The translations under genes were made by a program, and so were the position numbers. From contig JBBDQR010000157.1 of assembly GCA_040905885.1 (NCBI GenBank), forward strand, positions 8,563-72,562: a stretch of 64,000 bases of DNA. The letters run 5' to 3'. This document shows positions 34,747 to 44,506 of the stretch, piece after piece; the stretch's first letter is position 1, and each line of letters starts with the position of its first letter. Below the pieces are notes generated by a model. It saw only the letters and a program-made list of their open reading frames with translations. It searched no databases and was not told the DNA's origin. This DNA is from Gaiellaceae bacterium. GTDB taxonomy: Bacteria; Actinomycetota; Thermoleophilia; Gaiellales; Gaiellaceae.

Positions 34747-35646
34747 CTACTCGAGGACGGGGGCGTCGGCCTTATCGGAGAGCCACTCCTGCTGGATCTC
34801 CGCGAGCCGGCCGCCGTCCTTCAGCCGGGCGAGTGCGGCGTCGACGCAGTCGACGAGCGGGCTGTCCTGCTCGAGCGCCATCGCGAAGTACTCCTGCTCG
34901 CCGACGGCCGGGAACTGGCCGACGATGGTGCTGTTCTCGAGCTGGGCGGCCGTGATGAAGAACGCGGTCGGCAGGTCGACGACGACGCCGTCGATCTGCT
35001 TGGCCTTCACGGCCGAGATCGCGTCGTTGAGCGTGTTGTAGACCGACGGCTGGCTGCTCGGCTCGATGTTGTCGACGATGTACTGGTAGCTCGTCGTCCC
35101 GACGGGCGCGCCGAGCTTGGCGTCCTTCAGCTCGGCGATGCTCTGTGCGTCCGCGATCTTGTTCGCCTGCAGCGCGACGAGAGCCTGGTTGACGTCGTAG
35201 TACGAGTCGCTGAAGTTGACCGCCTGCGCGCGCTCGTCGGAGTAGGAGATCTGGTTGATGTCGAAGTCGAAGTCCTTCGGCCCCGGACGGAACGACTGGT
35301 CAAACGGGACGACCGTCCAGTCCACCTCGTCCTCCGAGAAGCCGAGCTCCCCGGCCACGGCGTAAGCGACCGCGCTCTCGAAGCCCTCGCCGTTCGTGGG
35401 GTCGCCGAGCTCCCACGGCTCGGTCGCGGGCTCGCCGATCTCGAACCAGGGCGGGTAGGCCGGGTTGTCGGTGCCGATCGTGAGCCGCCCGGCCGTCCTC
35501 GTCTCGAGGCTCTCCTTCGCGCAGGGGTCGGCGGCCTCCGTCGCGGTGTCGCCGGCCGGCGGCGTGGCCTCCTCGTCGTCCGACCCGCAGCCGGCGGCGA
35601 AGGCCGCGAGCGCGGCGACGAGCACGAGGAGCAGCAGCTTGCGCAC
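34747..35646 (-). CDS. amino-acid ABC transporter substrate-binding lipoprotein (family 3)
   Basis: MRKLLLLVLVAALAAFAAGC lipobox; colinear SBP_bac_3-like sequence. Confidence 0.85.
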   Translation of the reverse strand: MRKLLLLVLVAALAAFAAGCGSDDEEATPPAGDTATEAADPCAKESLETRTAGRLTIGTDNPAYPPWFEIGEPATEPWELGDPTNGEGFESAVAYAVAGELGFSEDEVDWTVVPFDQSFRPGPKDFDFDINQISYSDERAQAVNFSDSYYDVNQALVALQANKIADAQSIAELKDAKLGAPVGTTSYQYIVDNIEPSSQPSVYNTLNDAISAVKAKQIDGVVVDLPTAFFITAAQLENSTIVGQFPAVGEQEYFAMALEQDSPLVDCVDAALARLKDGGRLAEIQQEWLSDKADAPVLE

Positions 35647-35665
35647 CTGAGCGAACCTACCACAG

Positions 35666-35686
35666 CGGTTTCGCGCCGCGAAACCG
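35666..35686 (-). terminator. 10-bp palindrome immediately after the MBL-fold gene stop (possible terminator/attenuator, no U-tract)
   Basis: CGGTTTCGCG-c-CGCGAAACCG read directly. Confidence 0.35.
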
Positions 35687-36313
35687 TCAGTCGAGCGCGG
35701 CGGCGAGCGCGTCGCGGCCGCCGGCGAGCACGGGCTCCCCGTGCGAGACGAGCACGCGCTCGACCGGGAGCTCGAGCAGCGGCCGCAGGCTCTCGGCGAG
35801 CTGGTCCAGGCTCGTCCTCTCGGGAAGCCAGGAGGCGGGGCAGAGCGTGAGGCCGCCGCCCTCGGCGCCGAGGATGACGTCGCCCGGCACGAGCGCCCGA
35901 TGCGAGGGGATCCAGAAGACGACCTCGGCGGCCCGCGCCGTCTTGAAGGGGACGATCCCGCCGGGCAGCTCGTCGCCGGGTCGGAAGACGTCGGTGACCT
36001 CGCCTGCCCGGCGCTCGATCGCCCCGCGGCCGCGCGTCGGCGCCCAGACGCGCGCGCCGTAGCGCTGGGCGATCTCCCGCGTGCTCCGCACGTGCCAGAA
36101 GACGGTGATCAGGACGTGCAGCGGTGCGGCCGCGCGCTCGACGTCGCGGTCGAGGGCGGCCCAGAAGCGCTCCGCCTCGTCGGTGGGGACGAGCGGGTCG
36201 ACGAGCACGACGGCGTCGGGCGCCTCGTAGTAGACGCTGCCGACCTCCTCCTTCCACTCCGGATGGAAGGCCGTCCAGCGCCAGAGGCCGGGCGCAAGCT
36301 CCTGCACGTCCAC
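35687..36313 (-). CDS. MBL-fold metallo-hydrolase-like protein (divergent metal motif)
   Basis: GLWRWTAFHPEW..., VLVDP..., ITVFWHVRS, ALVPGDVIL, VLVSHGEP. TAGCGT lies 8 nt upstream of the GTG. Confidence 0.5.
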   Translation of the reverse strand: MDVQELAPGLWRWTAFHPEWKEEVGSVYYEAPDAVVLVDPLVPTDEAERFWAALDRDVERAAAPLHVLITVFWHVRSTREIAQRYGARVWAPTRGRGAIERRAGEVTDVFRPGDELPGGIVPFKTARAAEVVFWIPSHRALVPGDVILGAEGGGLTLCPASWLPERTSLDQLAESLRPLLELPVERVLVSHGEPVLAGGRDALAAALD

Positions 36314-36337
36314 AGCGATCGACGCTACAGAAGGAGG

Positions 36338-36410
36338 TGGAGCCGAGGGGATTCGAACCCCTGACCTAGCGGCTGCCAGCCGCTCGCTCTCCCAACTGAG
36401 CTACGGCCCC
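36338..36410 (-). tRNA. tRNA-Ala: tRNA-Ala (anticodon GGC)
   Basis: Minus strand: GGGGCCGTAGCTCAGTTGGGAGAGCGAGCGGCTGGCAGCCGCTAGGTCAGGGGTTCGAATCCCCTCGGCTCCA. G3:U70 present. CCA not encoded. Confidence 0.95.
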
Positions 36411-36838
36411 ACGAGCCGGGTCAGTGTAGCCGCGAAGTCGAAGTGATCAGCCCAGTTGATTCCCGCTGCCTGGTTGTTTCGGGTCGGACGCACGCGAAGC
36501 TGGATCTGCTTCCTGGCCGGGAACTCGTCGAGCGGGAGCAGGAAGCAGCGGTTGATTTCCGGGCAATAGGCGGCTAGCGCATCAACCTCATCGCTGGTGT
36601 AGGCGCGACGCAACAAGCCGTCCGGGCCACGGCGGCACGAGTAGCACCGGACGATGACGACGTCGCCGATCAACGGGGCCCACTTGCACTGGATCCGAAA
36701 GAACCGACCCGCGAGATCGAACAAGAGGTCGTAGCGCATACCGTCGTTCACGGGCTTCAAGACCGGCACGTCAAGCTTTGCCGCCGCATGCACGACCGCC
36801 GTTTCGGCGATCGTCCCCTTTTGGTCAGTGGTGAACAT
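36401..36838 (-). CDS. stand-alone PD-(D/E)XK endonuclease (group-I-intron-endonuclease-like, PDDEXK_5-type)
   Basis: DQKGTIAETAVV...VLKPVNDGMRYDLLFD...FFRIQCKW (D...D-x-(Q/E)-x-K pattern). Visibly lower GC and A/T-ending codons. The TAG stop is formed by tRNA-Ala positions 8-10. Confidence 0.7.
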   Translation of the reverse strand: MFTTDQKGTIAETAVVHAAAKLDVPVLKPVNDGMRYDLLFDLAGRFFRIQCKWAPLIGDVVIVRCYSCRRGPDGLLRRAYTSDEVDALAAYCPEINRCFLLPLDEFPARKQIQLRVRPTRNNQAAGINWADHFDFAATLTRLVGP

Positions 36839-36893
36839 CGCGCCACCGACGGTAGCGAGCCCATCGGCGGGGCCGTGTCCTAAATGGACAACA

Positions 36894-37309
36894 CTACGAT
36901 GCGGCCGCTTCGACCTCGATCGCCGGCACGTCGCCCCAGAGGTCCTCGAGGTCGTAGTACGCGCGCGCCTCGGGCGTGAACACGTGCAGGACGACGTCGA
37001 TGTAGTCGGCGATGATCCAGCTCGCCTCCCGCTCGCCCTCCACGGCGTGCGGGATCGCGCGGTGCTCCTGCTTCAGCCGCTCGCGCACCTCATCGTAGAT
37101 GGCCTTCGTCTGCCGCGGGTTCTGGCCCGTGGCGATCACGAAGTAGTCGGTGTACGAGCACACCGGCCGCATGTCGAGGATCACGACGTCCCGCGCGAGC
37201 TTCTCCTGAGCGAGCTCGGCAACGAGGCGTGCTTGTTCGAGGGAGTTCAGGGGCTGATCAGCATCCTTCTTGGTGGGAACGCGACGAGTGTACCCCGCTC
37301 CGCCGGCCT

Positions 37310-37313
<4 letters not shown>
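36894..37313 (-). CDS. rsfS: ribosome silencing factor RsfS (iojap-like)
   Basis: DVVILDMRPVCSYTDYFVIATGQNPRQTKAIYDEV...WIIADYIDVVLHVFTPEARAYYDLEDLW. GTGA overlap with the nadD stop. Confidence 0.9.
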
Positions 37314-39015
<1,702 letters not shown>

Positions 39016-39085
39016 TTAGTGGTCGCCGCCGCGAGTGCACCCGGCCCGCCCGGCTGCAAAGCGGCGCGATGCGGCGTCCTCAGTC

Positions 39086-39113
39086 GCGCCCGTACCGCAG
39101 AGGGTACGGGCGC
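39086..39113 (-). other. 11-bp perfect stem / 6-nt loop hairpin in the 170-nt rpmA-obg spacer
   Basis: GCGCCCGTACC-gcagag-GGTACGGGCGC read directly. No U-tract on either strand. Confidence 0.4.
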
Positions 39114-39185
39114 TCCCTGCGTCCTTGCCTCGCTTGCTTTTCGCGCGGGCGGCCTCGAGCGCACCCACGACGGAGACCACCGGAC

Positions 39186-39437
39186 TTACTCGCCGTTGAC
39201 GTGGACGAAGCGGCGGTCACCGCTGCGCCGGATCTCGACGACCCCGTCCTTCATGGCGAAGATCGTGTCGTCGCGCCCGATGCCCGCGCCCGGGCCGGGG
39301 CGGAACCGGGTCCCGCGTTGCCGGACGATGATCATCCCCGCGGCCACGACCTGGCCGTCGGCGATCTTCATGCCCAGCATCTTCGGGTTCGAGTCGCGCC
39401 CGTTCCGGGAGGAGCCGAGTCCCTTCTTGTGTGCCAT
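39186..39437 (-). CDS. rpmA: 50S ribosomal protein L27
   Basis: [24 protein letters not shown]... Confidence 0.95.
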   Translation of the reverse strand: MAHKKGLGSSRNGRDSNPKMLGMKIADGQVVAAGMIIVRQRGTRFRPGPGAGIGRDDTIFAMKDGVVEIRRSGDRRFVHVNGE

Positions 39438-39440
39438 TCG

Positions 39441-39974
39441 CTAGTCCTCTTCCTTCTTCGCGATCGCCGACTCGAGCGCGGCCAGCGCACCCTTGCGCTT
39501 GGCGTGAGCCTGCTCGTACTCGAGCGCCGCGTCGAGCTGCGGCCGACTCCAGCTCTTCGAGCCCTCGCTCACGCCGGCGACGGTCATCTCCGCGTAGCCA
39601 TTGGGCAGGCCCTTCGGCGCGGCCTCTGCCTTCTCCTCCGCCTTCGGCTTCGGGGTCGCGGCGGCCGGCTTCTTGGCGCCGATCGCCTCGATCTCGATCT
39701 GCGTCAGCGACGGCCGGAAGCCCGTGTGGCGCCGGTAACCCGTGCGCTGCTTGTACTTGCCGATCACGATCTTGTCGCCCTTCAGGTGGCGGACGACCCG
39801 CGCCGTGACGGTGACGTCCTTCGGCGCGAGCTTGACGGGGCCGTCCCCGCCGGCCATCAGCACGACCGGGGTGACGGTCTTCCCCTCGTCCTGCTTGAGC
39901 CGGTCCACGAGCAGCCGCTCGCCCTCTTGGACGCGGTACTGCTTGCCACCCAGTGAGATGATCGCGTAGGCCAT
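39441..39974 (-). CDS. rplU: 50S ribosomal protein L21 with about 75-aa C-terminal extension
   Basis: MAYAIISLGGKQYRVQEGERLLVDRL...KYKQRTGYRRHTGFRPSLTQIEI, followed by a Lys/Ala/Pro-rich linker and YAEMTVAGVSEGSKSWSRPQLDAALEYEQAHAKRKGALAALESAI. ATG at 39974. The ORF-track start at 40079 was rejected. Confidence 0.9.
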   Translation of the reverse strand: MAYAIISLGGKQYRVQEGERLLVDRLKQDEGKTVTPVVLMAGGDGPVKLAPKDVTVTARVVRHLKGDKIVIGKYKQRTGYRRHTGFRPSLTQIEIEAIGAKKPAAATPKPKAEEKAEAAPKGLPNGYAEMTVAGVSEGSKSWSRPQLDAALEYEQAHAKRKGALAALESAIAKKEED

Positions 39975-40011
39975 AGCGTGAAAAGATGCGGGCAGGCGGC
40001 CCGCGGAGAGC

Positions 40012-40812
40012 GTGATCAGTGTAGCGACAACCTGGGCGTTGCACGGCATCTTCGCGGTGCTCACGTTCGTCACGTACACGCGGTTGCCGGCCGAGCAGCT
40101 CTACAACGTCAGCCGGGAGGGAGTCGCCGGCGGCGCGAGCCGGACGCTCGTCTTCGTCAACTTTCCCGTCGCCTTCACGGCGATCGCGATCCTGGCGCTC
40201 GTCGGCGGCCGGCTGGCGCTGGCGGGGATCGCCCTCTGCGCCGTCGCCGCCGTGCCGGGCGTGCTCGACCTGGACGACCTGGACGCGCGGCCGGTCAACG
40301 CGCTCCCCGCGCTCGGCGTGGCGATCGCCGTGGCGCTGACCGTGCTCCGGCGCGACCGGCTCCGCGACCGCCCGCGCTGGGGCGACCCGATCCGCCTCGG
40401 CCTCGCGATCCCGATCGCCTTGATCTCCGTGCCGTGGCTGTTCGCGGAGGCCGGCTTCTACGCGCCGGACCCGATCTTCTCCGAGGAGATCCCGATCGGC
40501 GAGACGCTCTCCGCCGTGCACCTCGGCGGGCACCACGGCACGTACGGGGCGCTCCTCGCCCTGTCGGCGCTGCTGCTCAGCCGGATCGCGCGCACCCCGT
40601 GGGCCTCGGGCTATGCCGCCCTGATGCTCGCCTACGGTACGGCGCTGGCGCTCGAGGACTTCTGGCACGAGCAGGTCCAGAAGCGCGGCACGGTCGACTG
40701 GACGTTCCCGAGCCTGCTCGAGCCGCGGCTCGCCTGGGGCTGGCTCGTGATCGTCGTCGCGGCGGCCGCCTTCGAGCTGCTCTGGTTCAGGAGGGAGCGG
40801 TCTCCTCGCTGA
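40012..40812 (+). CDS. polytopic membrane protein, unknown family
   Basis: 266-aa ORF with high GC3 and about 7 hydrophobic segments. Its 3' end overlaps the convergent rne by 26 nt. Confidence 0.6.
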   Translation: MISVATTWALHGIFAVLTFVTYTRLPAEQLYNVSREGVAGGASRTLVFVNFPVAFTAIAILALVGGRLALAGIALCAVAAVPGVLDLDDLDARPVNALPALGVAIAVALTVLRRDRLRDRPRWGDPIRLGLAIPIALISVPWLFAEAGFYAPDPIFSEEIPIGETLSAVHLGGHHGTYGALLALSALLLSRIARTPWASGYAALMLAYGTALALEDFWHEQVQKRGTVDWTFPSLLEPRLAWGWLVIVVAAAAFELLWFRRERSPR

Positions 40813-43312
40813 CGGTCGCCGGCTTCTTCTTGCGCCGCCGGCCGCCGCGCGAGCCGCGCCGCGTCTTCTTCCTCGGCCGCTCCTGCCCGGCTGCCGGAGC
40901 TCCCTCCGCCGTCGCGGCGACCTCTTCCTCGGGCTCGCCGAGCTCCGGCGGGGGGACGTGGATCCGGGGGCCGGAGCCGTCGGGTGAGGGCGCCTCGACG
41001 GTGACCTCGGCGGTGGCGGCCGCGGGCTTCTTGCGCCTGCGCCCCCCGCGCGATCCCCGCCGGGTCTTCTTCTTGGGCCTCTCCTCCGGCGGCGTCTCCT
41101 CCTCGGCGACGGCCTCGATCTCCTCGGCCTCCTCGGCCTGCTCGACCTCCTCGACCTCCTCGGCCTCCTCCGCCTCGACCTCGACCTTTGCCTCCGTCTT
41201 GCGCTTCGCCGGCTGGCGGGTCGGCTTCTCCGCGGCGGCCTCGGCCGACAGCGGCTGCTCCTCGGGGCGGGCGTCGAGCCGGACCGCGTAGGCGCCGGCC
41301 GCGAGGACGCGCTCGACGCGAAGCTTCACCTTCTTGCCCACGAGCGAGGCCGCGTCGGCGACGCAGACGTCGAAACCGTCGACCTTGGCGACGCCCGCGC
41401 GCGCGTCGTGGAGCCCGACCTCGACGAGCTTCAGCTCCAGCTCCTGGCCCTCCTCGACCGGCGCCTCGGGCTTCAGCTCCTCGAGGCGGCCCTGGGCGAG
41501 CACGGCGAAGTGGTCGAGGCTGTGCCCGTTGTCGGTCGTCTCGAGGAAGAACCGCCGCTTGGCGCCCGCCTCGATCTCGCTCAGGCGGGCCCCGCCCGGG
41601 CCGATCAGGATCGCGGCCACCCGCGGGTGGAGCTCGACGCGGAAGGCCTGGACGCGCGGCGTCTGCGCGAGCTCGCGCAGGCGGCGCTCGATGTCGACAG
41701 CCGCGGTGGCCTCCGAGATGACGATCCCGTCGCCGCCGCAGGTCGGGCACTTCTTCGTGAGGATCTCACGCGGCCCGTCGGTGACGTTCTGGCGGGTCAT
41801 CTCGACGAGGCCGAGCGGGGAGATCTCGACGACGTAGGTCTTCGTCCGGTCGCGCTCGAGCTCGGTGCGCAGCGCCTCTTCGACCGCCTCGCGGTTCTTC
41901 GGGTTCGCCATGTCGATGAAGTCGATGACGATGATCCCGCCGACGTCGCGGAGCCTGAGCTGGCGCACGACCTCCTTGACGGCCTCGAGGTTGTTCTTCG
42001 TGATCGTGTCTTCGAGCCGCGCCGGCGAGGTCTTCGAGCGAGAGCCGACGAAGCGGCCGGTGTTCACGTCGACGACCGTGAAGGCCTCGGCGTAGTCGAA
42101 GACGAGGTAGCCGCCCGAGGGCAGGTCGACCCGCCGGTTCAGGGTCGAGCGGATCTCGTCCTCGACCCCGAACGAGTCGAACAGGGGCGCCTTCTCCTTG
42201 TAGCGCTCCACCCGCTCGACCATGTGCGGCGACGTCTTCTTCAGGTAGCCGACGATGCGCCTGTAGGCGCGGTCGTTGTCGACGAACGCGCGCTCGAAGT
42301 CCCCGGTGAACAGGTCGCGGGTGATCCGCAGCGGCAGCTCGGCCTCCTGGTAGACGAGCGCGGGCGCCTTCGCCTTCTTCGCCTGCGCCTCGATCGTCTT
42401 CCAGAGCCGCTGGACGAAGACGAGGTCGCGCTCGACGTCCTCGGCCGAGGCGCCCTCTGCGGCCGTGCGGACGATGACGCCGCCCTGCTTGACGTCGAGG
42501 CCCTTGACGATCTCCTTCAGGCGCGCCCGCTCGTCGTCGGGGAGGCGGCGCGAGACGCCGAGGCCGTCCCCGTGCGGGACGAAGACGACGAAGCGGCCCG
42601 GGAGGGAGATCTCCATCGTCAGGCGCGCGCCCTTCGTCTTCATCGGGTCCTTGACGGCCTGGACGAGCACGGACTCGCCGCGGGAGAGCAGGTCCTGGAT
42701 CTTCTTGCCCTCGCGCGTCCCCTCGAGCTCGTCGCGGACGATCTCGTCCACGTAGAGGAAGCCGTTCTTCTCAAGGCCGATCTCGATGAAGGCGGCCTCC
42801 ATCCCAGGGAGGACGTTGTCGACCGTGCCCAGGTAGATGTTCCCGGCGATGGAGCGGCGCTCGGGCCGCTCGAGGTAGACCTCGGCGACCTTGCCGTCCT
42901 CGAGGACGGCGACCCGCTGCTCGGAGACGTCGACGGAGACGAGCAGCTCTCGCTTCGCGGGCGGGAGCGGGGCGCGGCGGGGCGGGGTGCGGCGACGGGG
43001 CTGCGCGCGGGGCTTCCGCTCGGCCCGCTGCCGGGCCGGCTTCTTCTCCGGCTCCTCCGCCGCGGGCGCTTTGGCCGCGGCGGTGGCGGTGGCGGCTGCT
43101 CCGGCCGGCCGGCGGCTGCGTCCTCGGCCGCCGCGGCTGCCGCGGCTGCGCTTGCGGGGAGTTGTGGTTGTGGTGCTTTCGCCGGCCGCCCCGTCGTCGG
43201 GGGGGCGGGCGGCGGGCTCAGCCGCTACCGCGGCTGCGGGCGGGGTCGGAGCGGCGGCCTCCTGCGGCGCCTGCTCCTTCGTCTGCTTGCGTCGGAACCA
43301 TGACAACGGCAA
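40787..43312 (-). CDS. rne: ribonuclease E/G family endoribonuclease with Arg-rich N- and C-terminal extensions
   Basis: S1 domain IAGNIYLGTVDNVLPGMEAAFIEIGLEKNGFLYVDEI. Catalytic core colinear with RNase E/G. TTG 43312 is preceded by GGAAGGAG at 7 nt. Confidence 0.9.
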   Translation of the reverse strand: MPLSWFRRKQTKEQAPQEAAAPTPPAAAVAAEPAARPPDDGAAGESTTTTTPRKRSRGSRGGRGRSRRPAGAAATATAAAKAPAAEEPEKKPARQRAERKPRAQPRRRTPPRRAPLPPAKRELLVSVDVSEQRVAVLEDGKVAEVYLERPERRSIAGNIYLGTVDNVLPGMEAAFIEIGLEKNGFLYVDEIVRDELEGTREGKKIQDLLSRGESVLVQAVKDPMKTKGARLTMEISLPGRFVVFVPHGDGLGVSRRLPDDERARLKEIVKGLDVKQGGVIVRTAAEGASAEDVERDLVFVQRLWKTIEAQAKKAKAPALVYQEAELPLRITRDLFTGDFERAFVDNDRAYRRIVGYLKKTSPHMVERVERYKEKAPLFDSFGVEDEIRSTLNRRVDLPSGGYLVFDYAEAFTVVDVNTGRFVGSRSKTSPARLEDTITKNNLEAVKEVVRQLRLRDVGGIIVIDFIDMANPKNREAVEEALRTELERDRTKTYVVEISPLGLVEMTRQNVTDGPREILTKKCPTCGGDGIVISEATAAVDIERRLRELAQTPRVQAFRVELHPRVAAILIGPGGARLSEIEAGAKRRFFLETTDNGHSLDHFAVLAQGRLEELKPEAPVEEGQELELKLVEVGLHDARAGVAKVDGFDVCVADAASLVGKKVKLRVERVLAAGAYAVRLDARPEEQPLSAEAAAEKPTRQPAKRKTEAKVEVEAEEAEEVEEVEQAEEAEEIEAVAEEETPPEERPKKKTRRGSRGGRRRKKPAAATAEVTVEAPSPDGSGPRIHVPPPELGEPEEEVAATAEGAPAAGQERPRKKTRRGSRGGRRRKKKPATVSEETAPS

Positions 43313-43456
43313 GGCAAATCTCCTTCCGGCGGGCGCGCGCTGGCACCGTCCGCCCGAAGACGGGGGACGCCGGCCGCGCGCTGCCGCTGTTGAACCAGGT
43401 CAAATACATGTCGCGACCCAGGGTATCAGCGCCGGCGGAAAGCGCCGGAGCGCCCG

Positions 43457-43672
43457 CTAGGCCGCCGCGGGCCGGAGCCGCGCCCGGCGGGCCCGGATCG
43501 CGCGCAGTCGCTGCATCAGCCGGCTCCACGCCCAGGGCTCGACCTCGTGGTACCGCGTCTCCGTCTGACCCCGCGTCGCCTCGAGGTACTCGAACCAGGC
43601 GTCCGCCTCCTCGATCAGCAGCAGCTCCCAGGCCTCGCGCTCGTCCGTCCTCGCCTGCGTCTCTTCGGCCAT
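43457..43672 (-). CDS. small hypothetical protein (71 aa from ATG 43672; ORF track allows GTG 43717)
   Basis: MAEETQARTDEREAWELLLIEEADAWFEYLEATRGQTETRYHEVEPWAWSRLMQRL... Confidence 0.5.
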   Translation of the reverse strand: MAEETQARTDEREAWELLLIEEADAWFEYLEATRGQTETRYHEVEPWAWSRLMQRLRAIRARRARLRPAAA

Positions 43673-43728
43673 GCCGCGCAACCTCCGCGTGGTGGATGTG
43701 GCGGAGAGTAGGTCCACGGTCGGACGGA

Positions 43729-44506
43729 CTACGCCGCGCGGGCGGCCTGCGCCGCGAAGTAGCGGACCGCCGCCTCGCCCAGCGCCCGCGTCCCCGTGTA
43801 GGCGACCCCGGCGCGCACAGCGAAGCCGGCGACGGGCACGTAGCGGAGCGCATTCCGGGCGAGGCCGCGGAACGCGTAGCCGCTCCCGATCACGCCGAGG
43901 ATCTCCGGCAGCCGCTCACGGCCGACCTCGATCCCGTGCGCCTCCGCCAGCCGCAGCACCAGCCGCAGCTGGGCGAGCGTGATCGCCGGGAAGTCGGCCC
44001 CAGGGACGAAGACCGCAGCTCCCACCAGCGCGGCCCGGCGCGAGAACGTGTCGATCAGCTGCTCGCAGACGGCGTCCCGGAGAGCCGGCACCCGCGCAGC
44101 GAGCGAGGCCCCGCGCTCCGCGAGCCGCGCCGCGAGCGCGGCGGCGATCTGCTCGACCGGGAAGCCGGCGCCGGCGGGCACCTCGACGACGGCGGTCGCC
44201 AGGACGTACGGCGCGCGCGGGTCGAGCCCGGGGCCGGCCAGCACGGCGACGGTCGGGACTCCGTCCCGGTGCGCCCGCTTGAGCAGCTCCTCCTCGTCGG
44301 GGCCCCCCCGCCCCGACGAGCACGAACGCCTGCGCGCCCTCGGGCGAGCCGCCCCGCACCGCACCGGGCTGCGCGTCCCGCCCGAGCTCCCGGCGCAGCG
44401 CGTCGGCGAGCGCCGGCGGCCCCGCGACGACGAGCGGCCCCTCCTCCCCGGCCGAGACCCGCAGCTCCTTCAGCAGCCCCCAGACGGCCCCGGGGTGAAG
44501 CCCCAT
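43729..44506 (-). pseudogene. degenerate-GTPase/DUF697-like protein interrupted by a 1-nt frameshift in a C7 (G7 on the coding strand) run
   Basis: Frame A (ORF 43916..44506) reads ...AQAFVLVGAGGP. Frame B (ORF 43729..44364) continues DEEELLKRAHRDGVPTVAVLAGPGL...LPEILGVIGSGYAFRGLARNALRYVPVAGFAVRAGVAYTGTRALG. The join is at 44303-44309. Total length is 3n+1. The ATG shares a base with the rodA stop (TGATG). Confidence 0.65.

Noticed and set aside
7430-36900. Both tRNA-Ala-adjacent regions were searched for integrases, transposases, direct-repeat att sites or prophage genes.
   Set aside because: No mobility genes or duplicated tRNA 3' segments were found, only an 8-nt inverted match near the PD-(D/E)XK gene. 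I do not call either region a mobile element.
39016-39168. A 50-codon GTG-initiated ORF filling the rpmA-obg spacer, ending in a TAA that abuts the obg ATG.
   Set aside because: Third-position GC is clearly lower than in real genes here. The product (VGALEAARAKSKRGKDAGSARTLCGTGATEDAASRRF...) is low-complexity. The region is dominated by an 11-bp hairpin, so it is more likely a structured spacer.
43313-43456. The rne leader region was searched for a promoter or an autoregulatory structure.
   Set aside because: I found only a TTGACC hexamer without a matching -10, plus short GC hairpins (e.g. CCGGCG-loop-CGCCGG after the upstream stop). This is not enough for a defensible call.
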